Below are positions 1-13,134 of a DNA stretch of 64,000 bases, piece after piece (positions within the stretch are counted from its first letter, which is position 1; every line of letters starts with the position of its first letter). The DNA is taken from positions 5,890,001 through 5,954,000 of the forward strand of contig CP075496.1 of assembly GCA_021613535.1 (NCBI GenBank), read 5' to 3'. The notes under the pieces were generated by a model. The model worked only from the letters and a program-made list of their open reading frames with translations, searched no databases and was not told where the DNA came from. Source of the DNA: Adineta vaga. Its lineage: Eukaryota > Animalia > Rotifera. The translations under genes and the position numbers were made by a program.

Positions 1-20
1 AATCATTTTTGTATTTTCAG

Positions 21-1640
21 CCAAGTCAAACCGTAAACGTTCGCGTTCTAGATCATCATCTAGTGCTAAGAAATCACCCGGTAAAAAAAAGAAGAAAAGT
101 AAAAGTCGATCGCGAAAACGTTTGAATACGGAAGAAAACACTGAGAATGTTTCAAATGAACCACAAATGACGACAAATAAAGATGCTATCACCAAGCATC
201 TCCTCAATGTTAAGAGATTTACTGGTCCACCTGTATCAGCTATTTCTTCGGACCAAACTCCTCTTAAATACGTCGATAGTATTGAATTACCAGAAAATAT
301 GATGAAACAATCTCGATTGAAACGATTAAAACCAATGATAAAAAATTTTGAACTTGATATTAATTCACATCGATATACAAAAGAAGTTCATGAAATTGAC
401 GCATATGATCTCGATAAAGAACTGTTCGATTTTAAGAATGATACAAAAGATATCAATCAACCAGCTATGTTTACCGAATATATTCGTAAGTTATCGAAAG
501 AAAAAATGTAAAATGTGATTATAATAGATTACTTTTCTTTAGCGGAATTATTTCAAAAGCAAGCTGAAGAAAAATATATTCGTAGAATTTCATTAACAGC
601 TATCAAAACGGATGAAAATCTTGTTAAACGTCTTGCACCACGAGTATCTCGACTATACGATGGATGGCAACCAAGTGATACACGTAAGAACCATTTTCGA
701 TCTAAGAGAAAACAACATTATAATAGTCGATTTGGTTTTAGCTTGTGTACATACAGATGAATTTCGTCCATTAATGAAGTATCTTATGTCAAATCTATCG
801 TACTACTTCGATGATGATTTTATCGATGAATCAGGTCTGTTTAAAAATGAGAAGAATTTCGATAAGTTTGTATTAAATTTATTCATTTAAAAACAAATAC
901 AATAGTTTGACTTTTTTCTTTATAGAATTCAACCACGAACAAAACAAGCAACTCAACGTTTTCGTGATGATTATGTTGTTAAAGAATATTTTCATTGTTG
1001 GAAAAATTATACGACAGAAAAAGCTCGTATTGCTGAATTGAGACGAAAACGGGTTATGATTGATTTTCGTGAATTTTGGTTCCAAGATGCTCTTTCCGAT
1101 CCATTCTATTCATATTTCGAACAATCACCAGATTATGCAAAAAAACAAGATCAACATCATCAAATGGCTTATCGTCAACATAAACGTCTTGTTCGAATAG
1201 GTCGTGAACAACCAAAAGAAACAATGAAACATATAAATCGTTCGACATTTTTACCATTTCTTTTCAATTTACCAAAAACTAAACTCGATCGACAAATATC
1301 TCTTACTCATCGTCGTTCTCAGTTATTAAATGATCCTAATGATCGTCATCATACTCCTTTATCGAATCTATTGACTAATCAAGATGAACTTCTTCCATTA
1401 ATACGTGAACGTATTCATTTTCTTAATCGAAACAAATCTTCGATCAATATTCATCGTGATGAATTAGCTATTAAACAACTATCAATCAAAAGTTCTCTCT
1501 TAAAACAAGGAACACTCGATAATTTAGATCAATTAATCATCGATTATTACGCATCAATTGAAAATCAAGATCCAAAAACTCTTCGTAAAATATCTAGTAG
1601 TAATACAATCAAATTACCAATGTTAACAACTATTAAATAG
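21..1640 (+). CDS. Uncharacterised protein, 5'-partial (exons ~21-485, 543-682, 758-865, 926-1640)
   Basis: Phase-consistent GT-AG introns join ORFs 122-511, 515-760, 612-890 and 1038-1640. The first exon is K/R/S-rich (KSNRKRSRSRSSSSAKKSPGKKKKK). No family recognised. Confidence 0.6.
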
Positions 1641-1704
1641 AAAGAAACCTTCTTCCTTGTTTGATTTCTCAGTTTATTTATATAATATACAAAGGAAAAA
1701 CAAA

Positions 1705-2587
1705 TTATTTATCAATTAACGTTCCTCGAATGTTAGCACGTTTCGTTTCTTGTTCACGTCGTACAGCCTAGAGAAGAGAAATCATTCAGTAAGACATCAA
1801 TTATATATATACATATACATACTTCTTCGATTGCTTTTCGTTTATTCATGCCTTTGCGTTCAAATTGTTTTTCAATAACTCGTGCATTTTGTGTATAAGA
1901 ATTGGCTATTTCTCTTGCTTCTAATTCTTCTTCTTCTTCATCTAACGTTGATACTGTCACTGATGATGTCTTTCCACGATCTTCACGTTTTATATTTTTA
2001 ATCACTTTCTTAGGTTCAGAACCTAATACTTGATTATATATATTCGATGCATCATTAGCTTCTGCTGACACAGCACCATCGAAAATAAATGTTATTGGAC
2101 TATTAATTGTATGTTGATAGTACAAAGAAAGACCACATCTTAATATATACGAAAAGAAACGTATGTTTCAATATAAAAATTAGAAATGAATGCAAATAGA
2201 TTTACTTTAAACATTTTTTTCGATATTGTGTTTCGATATCTCCATCTCTATAGAAAAAAAATTTAATTTTATACGAATTTAGTACATTTGGAATATCTTA
2301 CTTTCGTCGAATATATGCAGGAGAATCTTCATCTTTACAATATTTTTTATGTGCATGCTGTTTGGAATCAATAACACGTGCTCCATCACGTTTTCTCAAT
2401 GGTAAATATTCGAGTGCACAATCTGAAAAGATAGTTTTATGTAAGATATTTTATCAAAAGATTAATTCTTACCTAATATTAACGCCATTTGTCCACATAA
2501 ACAAAAGAACATATGAGGAGGATTTTCATAAACTTCTTCTTGATCATTATCAAGAATAACACGTTTTTTCTCGTTTGCATCATCCAT
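1705..2587 (-). CDS. STEEP1: STING ER exit protein / UPF0428 (CXorf56) homolog, multi-exon
   Basis: Spliced translation MDDANEKK...[33 protein letters not shown]...[40 protein letters not shown]...RGTLIDK* matches the conserved CXorf56 motifs. Confidence 0.93.
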
Positions 2588-3927
2588 TTTTAGTATTCAA
2601 TCGATCTGAAAATAGAAATCTATTCGAATCAATCGTTTGTTTTATCGATAACATCGAATATTCTGCATGCAAAGAAGTTACCCTTTCTTTAATGAAAAAT
2701 CTTGAAATAATTTGTAATTTCATTCAATTCGAAATGATTGGTATGTCGAATCGTCCATTCTTGTAGAAAGAAAATATCTATTCCTAGCGACCTCTATTAA
2801 CCGTCAAACGAAGTATCTTTATCAATGTATTTTTGAAAAAAGTTATTAAAAATGTATGTTTATTTTTACAAATTTCGTTTTCAATGTATTGTATGCGTTA
2901 AGGTTAAATAGATAAATACATATGGATGGTTTTAATTGCATTGATTAATTATGATTGTATGCAGAAATTAGATTAGAATAGTAGAAATATTGCAAAGCAT
3001 CGTGAAAAACTACATAATCAATTAGTTTTAAAATAAATTATTTGAACAATCGATGTAAATATGAATTCAATTATCTAGAAAACGAGAATTGAATATAAGT
3101 TTTGTACTTAATCCGCTTAGAACATGATTATTAATGAAATTGTTCTTTCACAGTTCTGCTGTTATTACCATATATACAATCCAATAGAAAAACATTTCTA
3201 TACCTAATCAACATAAGCAATTGAGAGATTAAATTTTGTCATTCGAAAGAATGAATAAACAAAAATTATAGAAAAGAAATTTAGCTTTTTTTTCTATGAT
3301 ATTTCATTATGATAAAAAATTGATGATAATTACGCAAACATTTATTTATTAGTTCGTTTTACATTGACCTATTCATCAGTGTGATAATTGTTCTTTTAGC
3401 ACAATTTCTTCACTTATTCATTCTTTTTTTTTATTTAAGTCACTTGGGAAGTTCGATGATCACGGCTTGGCTGTCATCGGCATCTTCTTGGCATACACCT
3501 ACACATACACTCTTTTAATCGAAAAGAGTTTCAATGCAGCACGCACACACTTGACTGACGCTCATCACATGCATGTCATCCAACCGAGCACTGAAAATGA
3601 CTACACCAGTCACTAGATTCTGTCGTTTCTCCTCGATCTACATATATATATATACTGTGCTTTCGTGTTACACGCACATCGACATACGCTCACATAGAAG
3701 ATTCTTCGATTGTTACAACTACTACCGTAAATGAAATTTCTTGCGGGTAGAATATCTAGCATCTTTATTGTTCGAGCGTGTAATAGAAACGTTATTCACT
3801 AGATTGCTTGATTCTTTACTCTTTTTTTTTACTTAGTCGAGTTCCACTAGTGGCATTGACGAAGAGATGATAAGACGACTACGTGCTTTCATGCATGCAT
3901 GAGTCCTTTTTACATCCACTCTCCATT

Positions 3928-4109
3928 TATATATGAATATGTATATATATATATATATATGCATGGATATCTTCTTTCTCTTTTCTTTTTTTTTCTTATT
4001 TGCCGCTTGCGGTGAACCCAGTTACACATACACCAATATGTGCATTAGATCGTCCAATCGACCGTCTATTGCAGTGATGCATGGCATATTTTTACGGTCT
4101 CTGGAGATG

Positions 4110-4148
<39 letters not shown>

Positions 4149-4660
4149 GTACATATATACATGCATACGTACATATGGCATTGAGAGAATGGGAAAGGAA
4201 TCTATAAGAGTTATGGTTAATGTGTTGACAAAAAGGAAATATAGCATACGGATAGTTAAGGATAAGTGTAGAAGAAAAATCATATCATCCATAACTGTGT
4301 AAAAGTGCTATACTCGACAGGACGTCGCCATTGTCGTCATCCGAATGGAACGAAATGCGAGAATACGCTTGCCTCCGACTGTTTATATCGTGCAAACAAC
4401 ATAACAGTCATATTGTGTACTGATGTATGAGGTGATCTTCTCTCTGTCTCTTTGTGTGTGTATGTGTGTATGTGTGTCTCTCTGCCGCTCTCTCTCTCTC
4501 TCGTTCTTCCACCCACTTCTTCGGTGTGCCTCTCTTCCCATCATCGTCTATATATGTGAGTATGTGCGTAAGCGCGCATGCGTGTGTGTGTATTTGTAGA
4601 GAATCAATAGCTGACAAAGACAAAATGAAACGAGTATACACATACATATAAACGTATACC
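3928..4660. repeat. Cluster of (TA)n, (CA)n, (TG)n and (TC)n microsatellites in the long non-coding region upstream of Pax
   Basis: Visible dinucleotide runs at about 3928-3960, 4110-4150 and 4440-4590. Confidence 0.85.
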
Positions 4661-7327
4661 GTGAGGAGGCAAAAAGATTAAAAGCCCGCAAAGCGAAACC
4701 GAACCGTCGAGAACGGAACAAACGAAATGAGACAAAGCGACGAGAATATAAGCGCACACGGCGTGCCTTTTTTTTCATCTATCAAAAAAGAAACGAGCGA
4801 GAGAGAGAAGCATAGTCAAACGAAAGTAAAAGATGGTAGGAAGGTGAGTGTAACTATAGCTTCAGTTAAAACATCGAACGATTAGAATAATTCAAGCATA
4901 GAATATATCATACAAGAAGATTATTTTAATAGAAACAACAGAAGAATAAAACAATTTTTCGAGCGAGACAACAACGACCGTCACCATTGGCCTTATTATC
5001 TTGAACAAATACAGGTGTTTAAATGTCATCCTTCGTTTCATTCGTTCGTTTTTTTTCGTTTTGTGTGCTTGCTTATTCACTCGCTTAAGCTTGTCTCACT
5101 GTCATCAACACAACGATACACATACATCCATATATTCTTGCATGGTTATACACATCTATATATTAGTGAAATGAGAGAGTGGCACTAACGCTTGTTCGCG
5201 CCCGCGCACACCATACAGAGAGAATATAATCATCTCTCGCGTTCTCCTTTTCTTTTTCTCTTTTATGAGTGTATATCGCACGCTTGTTCGCTTCATCGCA
5301 GACGTGGCGCGTAGCAGCGGCAACAGCAGCGCGTAATCGAACCGTGATGCGTGTCATTCTATGCCGGTTACATTTGGCATTCGACGATAGAAGCACCCAC
5401 ATCATCATCATCAACCATCACAGAACTGTATTACTATTATCGATATAAACATGTTTATAGGGCATAAGAACGGGAAGAGAGTAAAATATACGTGATCTCA
5501 TCACCGTAATAGTGAGCTGAAGCTAAGAGGGCGAATAATATACATAAAAGGACGAAAGGAGAGAGAAACATAGGGAGAAAAAGAGAAATGGATGAGTGAC
5601 GGACTAGAGCGGATCACTACTTCTTTTTTTTCGCTTACTACCATCGTTCTCGTTGTCTCGTTTTTACTTATTGTTGGTCCATAGTAAATAGCAATCACTG
5701 TATCGAATCAATACAGCATGTATCAATTCTTTACTTCATCATATTCTTTTGTCTAACGTTCATCATCTGAAGTTAACGTGATTTTTTCTTCTTTTTCTTT
5801 TTCTTCTTCTTAATTCGTAGTTTTTTTTCTTCATGTTGTCCTTTTTTATTTTCTCACTCAATTGCCGATGTCGATTTATCGATCTAATTGAGTTGTCTAT
5901 CACCACTATGCTTTGTGTCAAGGTTTGCATGTCTAATCCTTTCGTAGGCAACCGAAAGCTTTGCGTCATTTTCTCTATATATTGTAGATCAACGCATGAT
6001 CGAGCCTTCGAGTGAGTATGTGTATGTGTGTAGGCACTTTTTCTCTTTTATAGGTTAATGTTGGGCGGTCGTTGTTGCTTGATGATATGTCTGAGAGAGA
6101 GAGAGAGAAAACGCATCAACATCAGGAATGGGACGAGAAAGCAAAAGAAAAAAACGGAGAGGCATGAGATTCGTTCCACATGATGAACAACGAACGACGC
6201 CATCATTCTCTTTTCTTCATCTCCTTCTCTATATTTATGTCGCTCGTTCGTCGATCGCGTTCTGCACCGCATCATTGCTAGCATACATCAACATGCACGG
6301 GGCCAATTTAGGTGAATATTAAAAAAAATGAGAAGTACAGACGTATAAGAAGAAAAATCATTGTCTTTCATGCATAAACACTATACTGTTGTCGACACGC
6401 TTTTTTTCTCTTCATCATCTACTTCGTCTTTTTTCCTTCTTCCTTCTCGGCTTTCTTTATTCTGATATATTTCTATGTCTCAAAAACAGAAAAGAACCTG
6501 TCCTCTTCTGCCTCATCGCACATATATACTACATCATATGCTGTTCGCTTCGTTACATTTGCGATTAGTCATGCTTGTGCGAATACTTTTCAGTTGCGAC
6601 TAGTTTTAGAATTACCGATTATATTGCAACCGATATAGAAAAATTCGTATTGGTAGACAGAATATCGACATAAACGTGTTATGAAGCGGCTGATTACTCA
6701 AATAGATGAAGCGTGTCAGTCTGTTTCTCTCTTTCTCTCTCTTTTAATGTGCACGAGCGCGCGTCTGGCATTTTCTTTTACTTCCTTTTTTTCTGCAAAC
6801 AATTTTTGTTATTCATGTATGGACGCGGCTGCTTGCTTCAGAGAGGAAAAATGAGAGTAGGGAGACAGAGAGAGAGGCAGAGGAAAGGCAGTATAGCATT
6901 GGCAGCAACGAAGAGAACTCGTGCGTGAACAAAATCGATCGTTAATGAGGAGAGGAGTGTAGGCGACGACGACAGCCGCATCTATAATCTTGAAAAACGT
7001 CCTTCTATTTTTTCGGCTGTTGCCAGTGAAGCAGCAACAAGTAACACTCTTCATTTGAAGTAAAAAAAAACTCAGAATATGGCCTCATTTTATTAACGGT
7101 AAATGTACTAGAAGTCGAAGAACAAGAAATAGCAGAATAAAGTTATACCACTCATATATATACACCCGGATATGTTGAATTTTGAAGTGAAAAATGTGAT
7201 AAAAAAATTGAACAATTTTGAAGTATGTAATTAATATAATTTAATCTATTCTAGATCATGACAAACATTTACTATTAGCGATTCTTCTTTTTATTGTCTT
7301 TTTCTTCTGGCAATAGCTGATATAATA

Positions 7328-9140
7328 ATGACTGATAACCATTCAACTGATCAGAATAATAATAAAAACGACAAAAAAAATCTTACTGATACTAACAACG
7401 AAAAAATTGAGAACTACATGAATGGAATGACAGAATCTATGTCTAAAAGTAAGAAACGATAGAAATAACAGCAAAAATTGATTGAATTTTGTTTTCGTTT
7501 AGCTTATGACACAATTCGTGATCCATCAAATAGTGCTTCCAATAGTACCAAAAGACGTAAGTTATCAGTTTTTTTTCTTAAAACTTGATCATTCGAAATA
7601 ATTTATGATATATTATCTTTAGAAAAAAATCGCTTTTGTTCATCGTCCATGAATCAATTAGGTGGAGAATTTATTAATGGTCGACCATTACCAACCGATA
7701 CACGTGAACGCATAGTTGAATTGGCTGAAAGCGGTGTACGTCCATGCGAAATAAGTCGTCAAGTAATAAACATTCCAACTAATCAATAAAACTTCTTATT
7801 GTTTTCTTTTTCTTCGCTCATTTAGCTTCAAGTTTCACATGGATGTGTTAGTAAAATATTGAAAAGGTATTTGAATATCTATTTTCAAATCTTGAAATTA
7901 CATGTTTATATATCATTCAATAAGATCTAGATATTTCTACTTCTTCCTCGAGGATAGTGTAAGAGACATTCAGAAAACTATTGGTGACGGTTTCGTTGAA
8001 TAAAACAATTGCATGACTAATATTTAAAACATTTGCTCATTGAAGAATTTTGTTTTCTATGAATGTTTCTTTTTCATCTAGATATCGTTTATTTGGTACC
8101 ACACATCCTGGTTTAATTGGTGGATCTAAACCAAAAGTTGCTACACCTGATGTTGTTCGACGTATACGTGAATATAAAGGAAATAATCCTCAAATATTTG
8201 CTTGGCAAATTCGTGAGAGTCTTCAAAAAGAAGGCATATGTCCATCGGATAAATTACCAAGTGTTTCATCTATCAATCGAATCGTACGTAGTAATCGAAG
8301 AATCGTTTTTAATAATGATGGAACTATTACGGGTATGTATTTCATTGATATTAAAATAAATGGAAACATGAACGATGTTTATTTTTCTTTTGTTCATTTA
8401 GAACTTGATTCTGATTTTGATTCTCGCGATGGAAGTGATAATGAAAATGAAGATTCAATTAAATCTGAAGTAAGTAGAAGAGAATAACAATTATTAAAGA
8501 GAGAAAACTTTTGTTTTTCATTTGCATTTTTCTAGCCAAGTCAAGCCTCGCCAACACTCTCATCGCGCTCAACGAATATTCGTCATCGCGGTGATTGTCG
8601 TTGTGATGTTTGTATAAAAAAATACAAATTTGCTCCATCATCAAATAGTTCAGCAAAAAAATCGACAAATCTTGATCATGAAGAAACTAGTAAGTCATAC
8701 TTTTCTTCAATAAATTCTTTTCTATTTTCTATTTTCTTTTCGAAATCATAGGTGATTCGAACAGTATGTCTATGCCAGCCGCTTTTGATGATGATCATAT
8801 GAAACAATCACCTCCTCCGCCACCCGCGATACATTGCCGTTTAACACCAACATCAACAACGGACGATACTAAACCGCTCGATCTTTCACGAAAACAAAAT
8901 GAACAACCATTAAATTTATGTTCGAAACGTAAACGAAATCCTCCTGTTAGTTTATCGAAACGAAATAAAACTCCAACATCGCCAACACTTCCTTCTTCAA
9001 TTCCAACTACTCCAGCATCATCAATGTTTGTCCCATTTTATGCAATATCACCATTTTTTGATCCGAATCAACAAGAAATGCTTCAACAAATGCAATCATT
9101 TTATCTACAATTGCAACAGAAATTAACAAAAAACGAATGA
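7328..9140 (+). CDS. Paired-box (Pax) transcription factor, paired domain only; exons 7328-7448, 7503-7556, 7623-7762, 7826-7866, 8082-8332, 8402-8469, 8536-8689, 8752-9140
   Basis: Spliced paired domain [38 protein letters not shown]|[14 protein letters not shown]|[22 protein letters not shown]...FAWQIRESL...[11 protein letters not shown]. No homeodomain downstream. Subfamily uncertain. Confidence 0.9.
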
Positions 9141-10638
9141 ATGAAAGAAAATATATATTGAATATTTACTTGGAGAATTCGACATCGATCTAGTCAAATA
9201 AGAACATCTATATGAAAAGCCAACTCCTATGAACATTAACGGACCTTTCTTTTTTTGTGAAATGATTCTTGTATCTATATTTGTTTGCTTGTAATTTACA
9301 GTCGTTAAATTTTTTTTCTGCTTCATTGTTTTTTCTTCTTCGGTTCGTTTTCTTTTTCTTTTTTGAAATGAGAATGATATGTGCCATTGAAAGAAATATA
9401 TTAATTGATTCGATATGAGTAAAAAACACTAGATCACATGAAATATAAGATTAATCTGATACGCATCAGATGTCATGCAAATAGAAAAGAAAATGAAAAA
9501 AGTAGATGGAAATTGATTATTGATGATAATAAAATTCTCGTTGAGAAAAGTACGATATTTACCTGATAATATTAAGATTGAAAGGAAAGTTTACGTTGAT
9601 CTCGAGAATAATTAACATTAAGTTATTAATTTATGTAAATATACACAAAATTAGTTATTCTATTACAGTCAATTTAATATACAGTTCTGCACAATGATTT
9701 GAAATATTATGCATGATCAACTATGTAGCAAATAAATTATTATTTACTCATAATTTCAATGCAATGAATAAAGTTTATAGAATATTTAAACTTCGTTTGT
9801 TGGAAATATCTCTATTTCTATTCGAAAGTAGATTTCATCATTTCAATAAAACAAACGAATGCTTATGTACTCAACCAATTCGATATTTTCATCCAAGGTT
9901 CTCTATTATTACCCAACTTCATAGGTCATCATCTGACCTATTGAGCGATAATATGTCACATAAATAACGTAAATGAAAAATTCATACTAATAAAAGATTT
10001 CCTTCATGATCTATATATTGATTAGCAAACAAGAATTAATCTAATAATTACTTCCAGATATCCATATCTCTCAAGATTAGTTCTCAGCTGGAATCTATTT
10101 ATAGACGTTTAACATTCTTAAATCCTTGTAGTAGATATGATATTTTAATAATTTGAAGAAAAATGATATGTATATTTTTTAATATTATTGTCAAAAGCTT
10201 TTTATTATTCAGATTTGAGTAAATTATTAGTAATCAATTTAGACTAATCAAATTGAGTTCTTCTGTTACTTTGTGATCAAAATTAAAAGAAACATTTGAT
10301 TGGAGTCAACGGAAGGATTTCATTTTGTCTTTCCTTTATTTAATTAGAAGATATTTCGATTGATGAATTTTGTTTCTTCTTCTTCTTTTATGTGAATGTA
10401 TACAGTAAATTTTGTGATTAATGACGGCAAAAAAAAGGAACAGATGTTAGTACATAATCATGTCTCGTTCTATTTTGTTTTGTTTTTCTTTCTCTTCTAT
10501 CTTATCTTTGTATGATTGTGGATGAAATAAAAGAAAGAGAAGAGAAGAAAAGAGGAGAAGAAGAGAAACGTTTTGTACATCTCACGATCATTCTAATAGA
10601 TGATAATAATTCATTCGAACTAGACATTTCAATCATTC

Positions 10639-12022
10639 ATGATCATGTCTCGTACAATATATTTGATTCTATTGATTATTCTTGTGAATAATGTAACATC
10701 AAGTGAAGCATCAGACTTTGGAGCATTTATAAATCGAATATCACAAACAACAACGAAAATTAAAAATCATCTCGTAGAATTTTTCTATCGTTTTCGATCA
10801 TTTTTTGCTCGTCATTCGGAATCAACACATCATTCAATGACTGCACGCGGTTGTGGATATGCAGTTGATGATGAACCAACAATTTATCAAAAACAAGGTA
10901 ATATTATTGCAAAAATTAAAGGTGGTGATGATGCGATTTGGCATACATGGTAAGAAATAGAAACTGATTCTTTTTCTTAATCGAATGATTTTTATCTTGA
11001 GGCCTTGGATGGTTGCTATATTTACAAATCCACGGAAAGGTTGGAGTTGTGCAGGTGTACTTGTTAACGAAGATACAATACTTACTGCTGCTCATTGTTT
11101 ATTACATACGAAAGTCAATGAAATAAAAGTTATTATTGGAGTACATACTATTCTTGGTAAATTGAATCCATTGAATTACTATTCAGTCAAATCAATTCAT
11201 CGCCATCCTCAATTTGAAGATTGTTGTAAGAATGATATTGCTGTTATTAAATTAACAAAATCGATACTCTATGGTCCAAAAATAAATGCTGTTTGTTTAC
11301 CTATTTCACCACATCTATCTATTGAAGATGAAGGAGATCTCGTCAATCGTACGGGTGTTATTATCGGATGGGGTGATAGTTCAAAAAATGGTTTAACAAA
11401 TATGATTAAAAGTTTTACTTTACAACAAGGTAAATATTCTTTTTTCGATTCAACATACATTTGATTTAATTTCCAGAATACGAAGAAGAAAAAATTAGAC
11501 GTCAATATCGTTTTGGATTGTATATATTGAATGGAAAGAATAATCAGAAATACTCTAGAAAGACTTGAGAGAAAAAAGCAGCGTCAAATCAATCGAGAGA
11601 ATTCTGAATTAATTCCATTTGATTGTCACTTAATTCGATTGTGAAAAAATAGATAAGAAAAAAACCGGGTTTTTTTGTTCTTATTTAGCGGATATACGTA
11701 TTTTTGATAATGAGTATTGTCGTCAAGCTTACGATTCTATATTTGATCCAAAGACAGAAATTTGTGCTGGTGATTACGATCAACGAACTGATACGATGGT
11801 AAACAAACATTTTCTTGTCATTTCGTTTTTTCGAATATTTATTATTTTTCTTAGAGTGGTGATTCCGGTGGTCCACTACTTATTCGTCAATCAGATGGTC
11901 GTTGGATTGTTCTTGGTATAACATCCTATGGTTCAGCCACATCTCCTCAAGTAGCACCAGGTGTTTATGTTAAACTTTCTGCTTATACTCAATGGCTTGA
12001 ACCATTTTTAAAATCGAAATAA
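10639..12022 (+). CDS. Secreted trypsin-family (S1A) serine protease; exons 10639-10949, 11002-11428, 11689-11798, 11855-12022
   Basis: Signal peptide; catalytic motifs LTAAHC, NDIAVIKL and GDSGGPL; PGVY near the C-terminus. Confidence 0.92.
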
Positions 12023-13134
12023 TTTTCGAAACATTTGAATTAATTAACTACTCCTTTTTCTTTCTCTTTTTTTTCTTTCTTTCTATCAACAAGGAAAAGA
12101 AAAGTCAAACATCCTGTGATTGTATGTTGATTAATTCGATTAATTCAAGAAATCATTTCTTTTTTTGTCGTGCGTAAATACATAGCGATTTGTCCACCTT
12201 TATTATTTTTCAGTGCATGGAGAAAAAAAAAGGAACCAAAATAATAATCTATTTGGGAAATAGAAGGGTAATAAGTGCGTGTTCAAAGAGCAAAAGAAAA
12301 AAGAAAGAAAGAAATATATTGCGGAAAACGACAGACTAGAGAGACCAAATTGCATTACACAGACATGGAAAGAGAGAAAAAGAAATACATGATCAAAAGC
12401 ATGCGTGTACGTCTGCACAATAGACTCACAAGAGGCATAGAAAGTTTTGTTCTCTCAGTTGATATTCTTTTTTGCATAATTATCCAAATAAAATAAAATA
12501 AACAAATAAAAAAACAAAATGACGCCTGGAATTTATCTTCAGATCTTGAGATTTGACAAGAAAAATAACGTACACTCATCTGACATGACTGACAGAACAA
12601 ACGTAGACAAAAGCGACAAAAAAAAATACGAAAAAGAAAGAAAATCTTTTGTTTTAAAATATTTTACTCAATTGAAATGGAACCAAATCTTATGATCTAG
12701 TGCATCCTAATATAGTTGTACGAACATTAAAAGAAAAAGAGAGAAAGAAGTGTTATTCTGTTTAGAGACGAAAAAAAGAAACTAAACATTGGAAATGTAT
12801 TGAAATGAATACAACCATATGATTTCATCAAATCTAAACAAAGAATTTAATGTCAAATGAATGAATAGTTTACTTGATGAATTCATTCAAATAGACGATG
12901 AAGATAAACAAGGCTAGTTCGGAATTTAATTAAGATTCTGTCACTCATTTTTATATCTGAATTATATGTTATAATCCGGATTTATCGTCTTGCTAATTTC
13001 CTTATCCTCTGTTTTTTTTCAATTTTCAACAAAGATAAATATGAAACTGTAATTATAACTTTCTCTCAGAAAAATAAAGATTCCAAATGAAATAATTCAA
13101 GCGCAAGACAAAAAAATCATTTCATTAACTTACG

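Noticed and set aside
3933-7054. Many 60-85 aa ORFs on both strands upstream of Pax
   Set aside because: They are translations of microsatellites and low-complexity DNA (YIYI, HTHT, ERER) with no splice continuity or domain.
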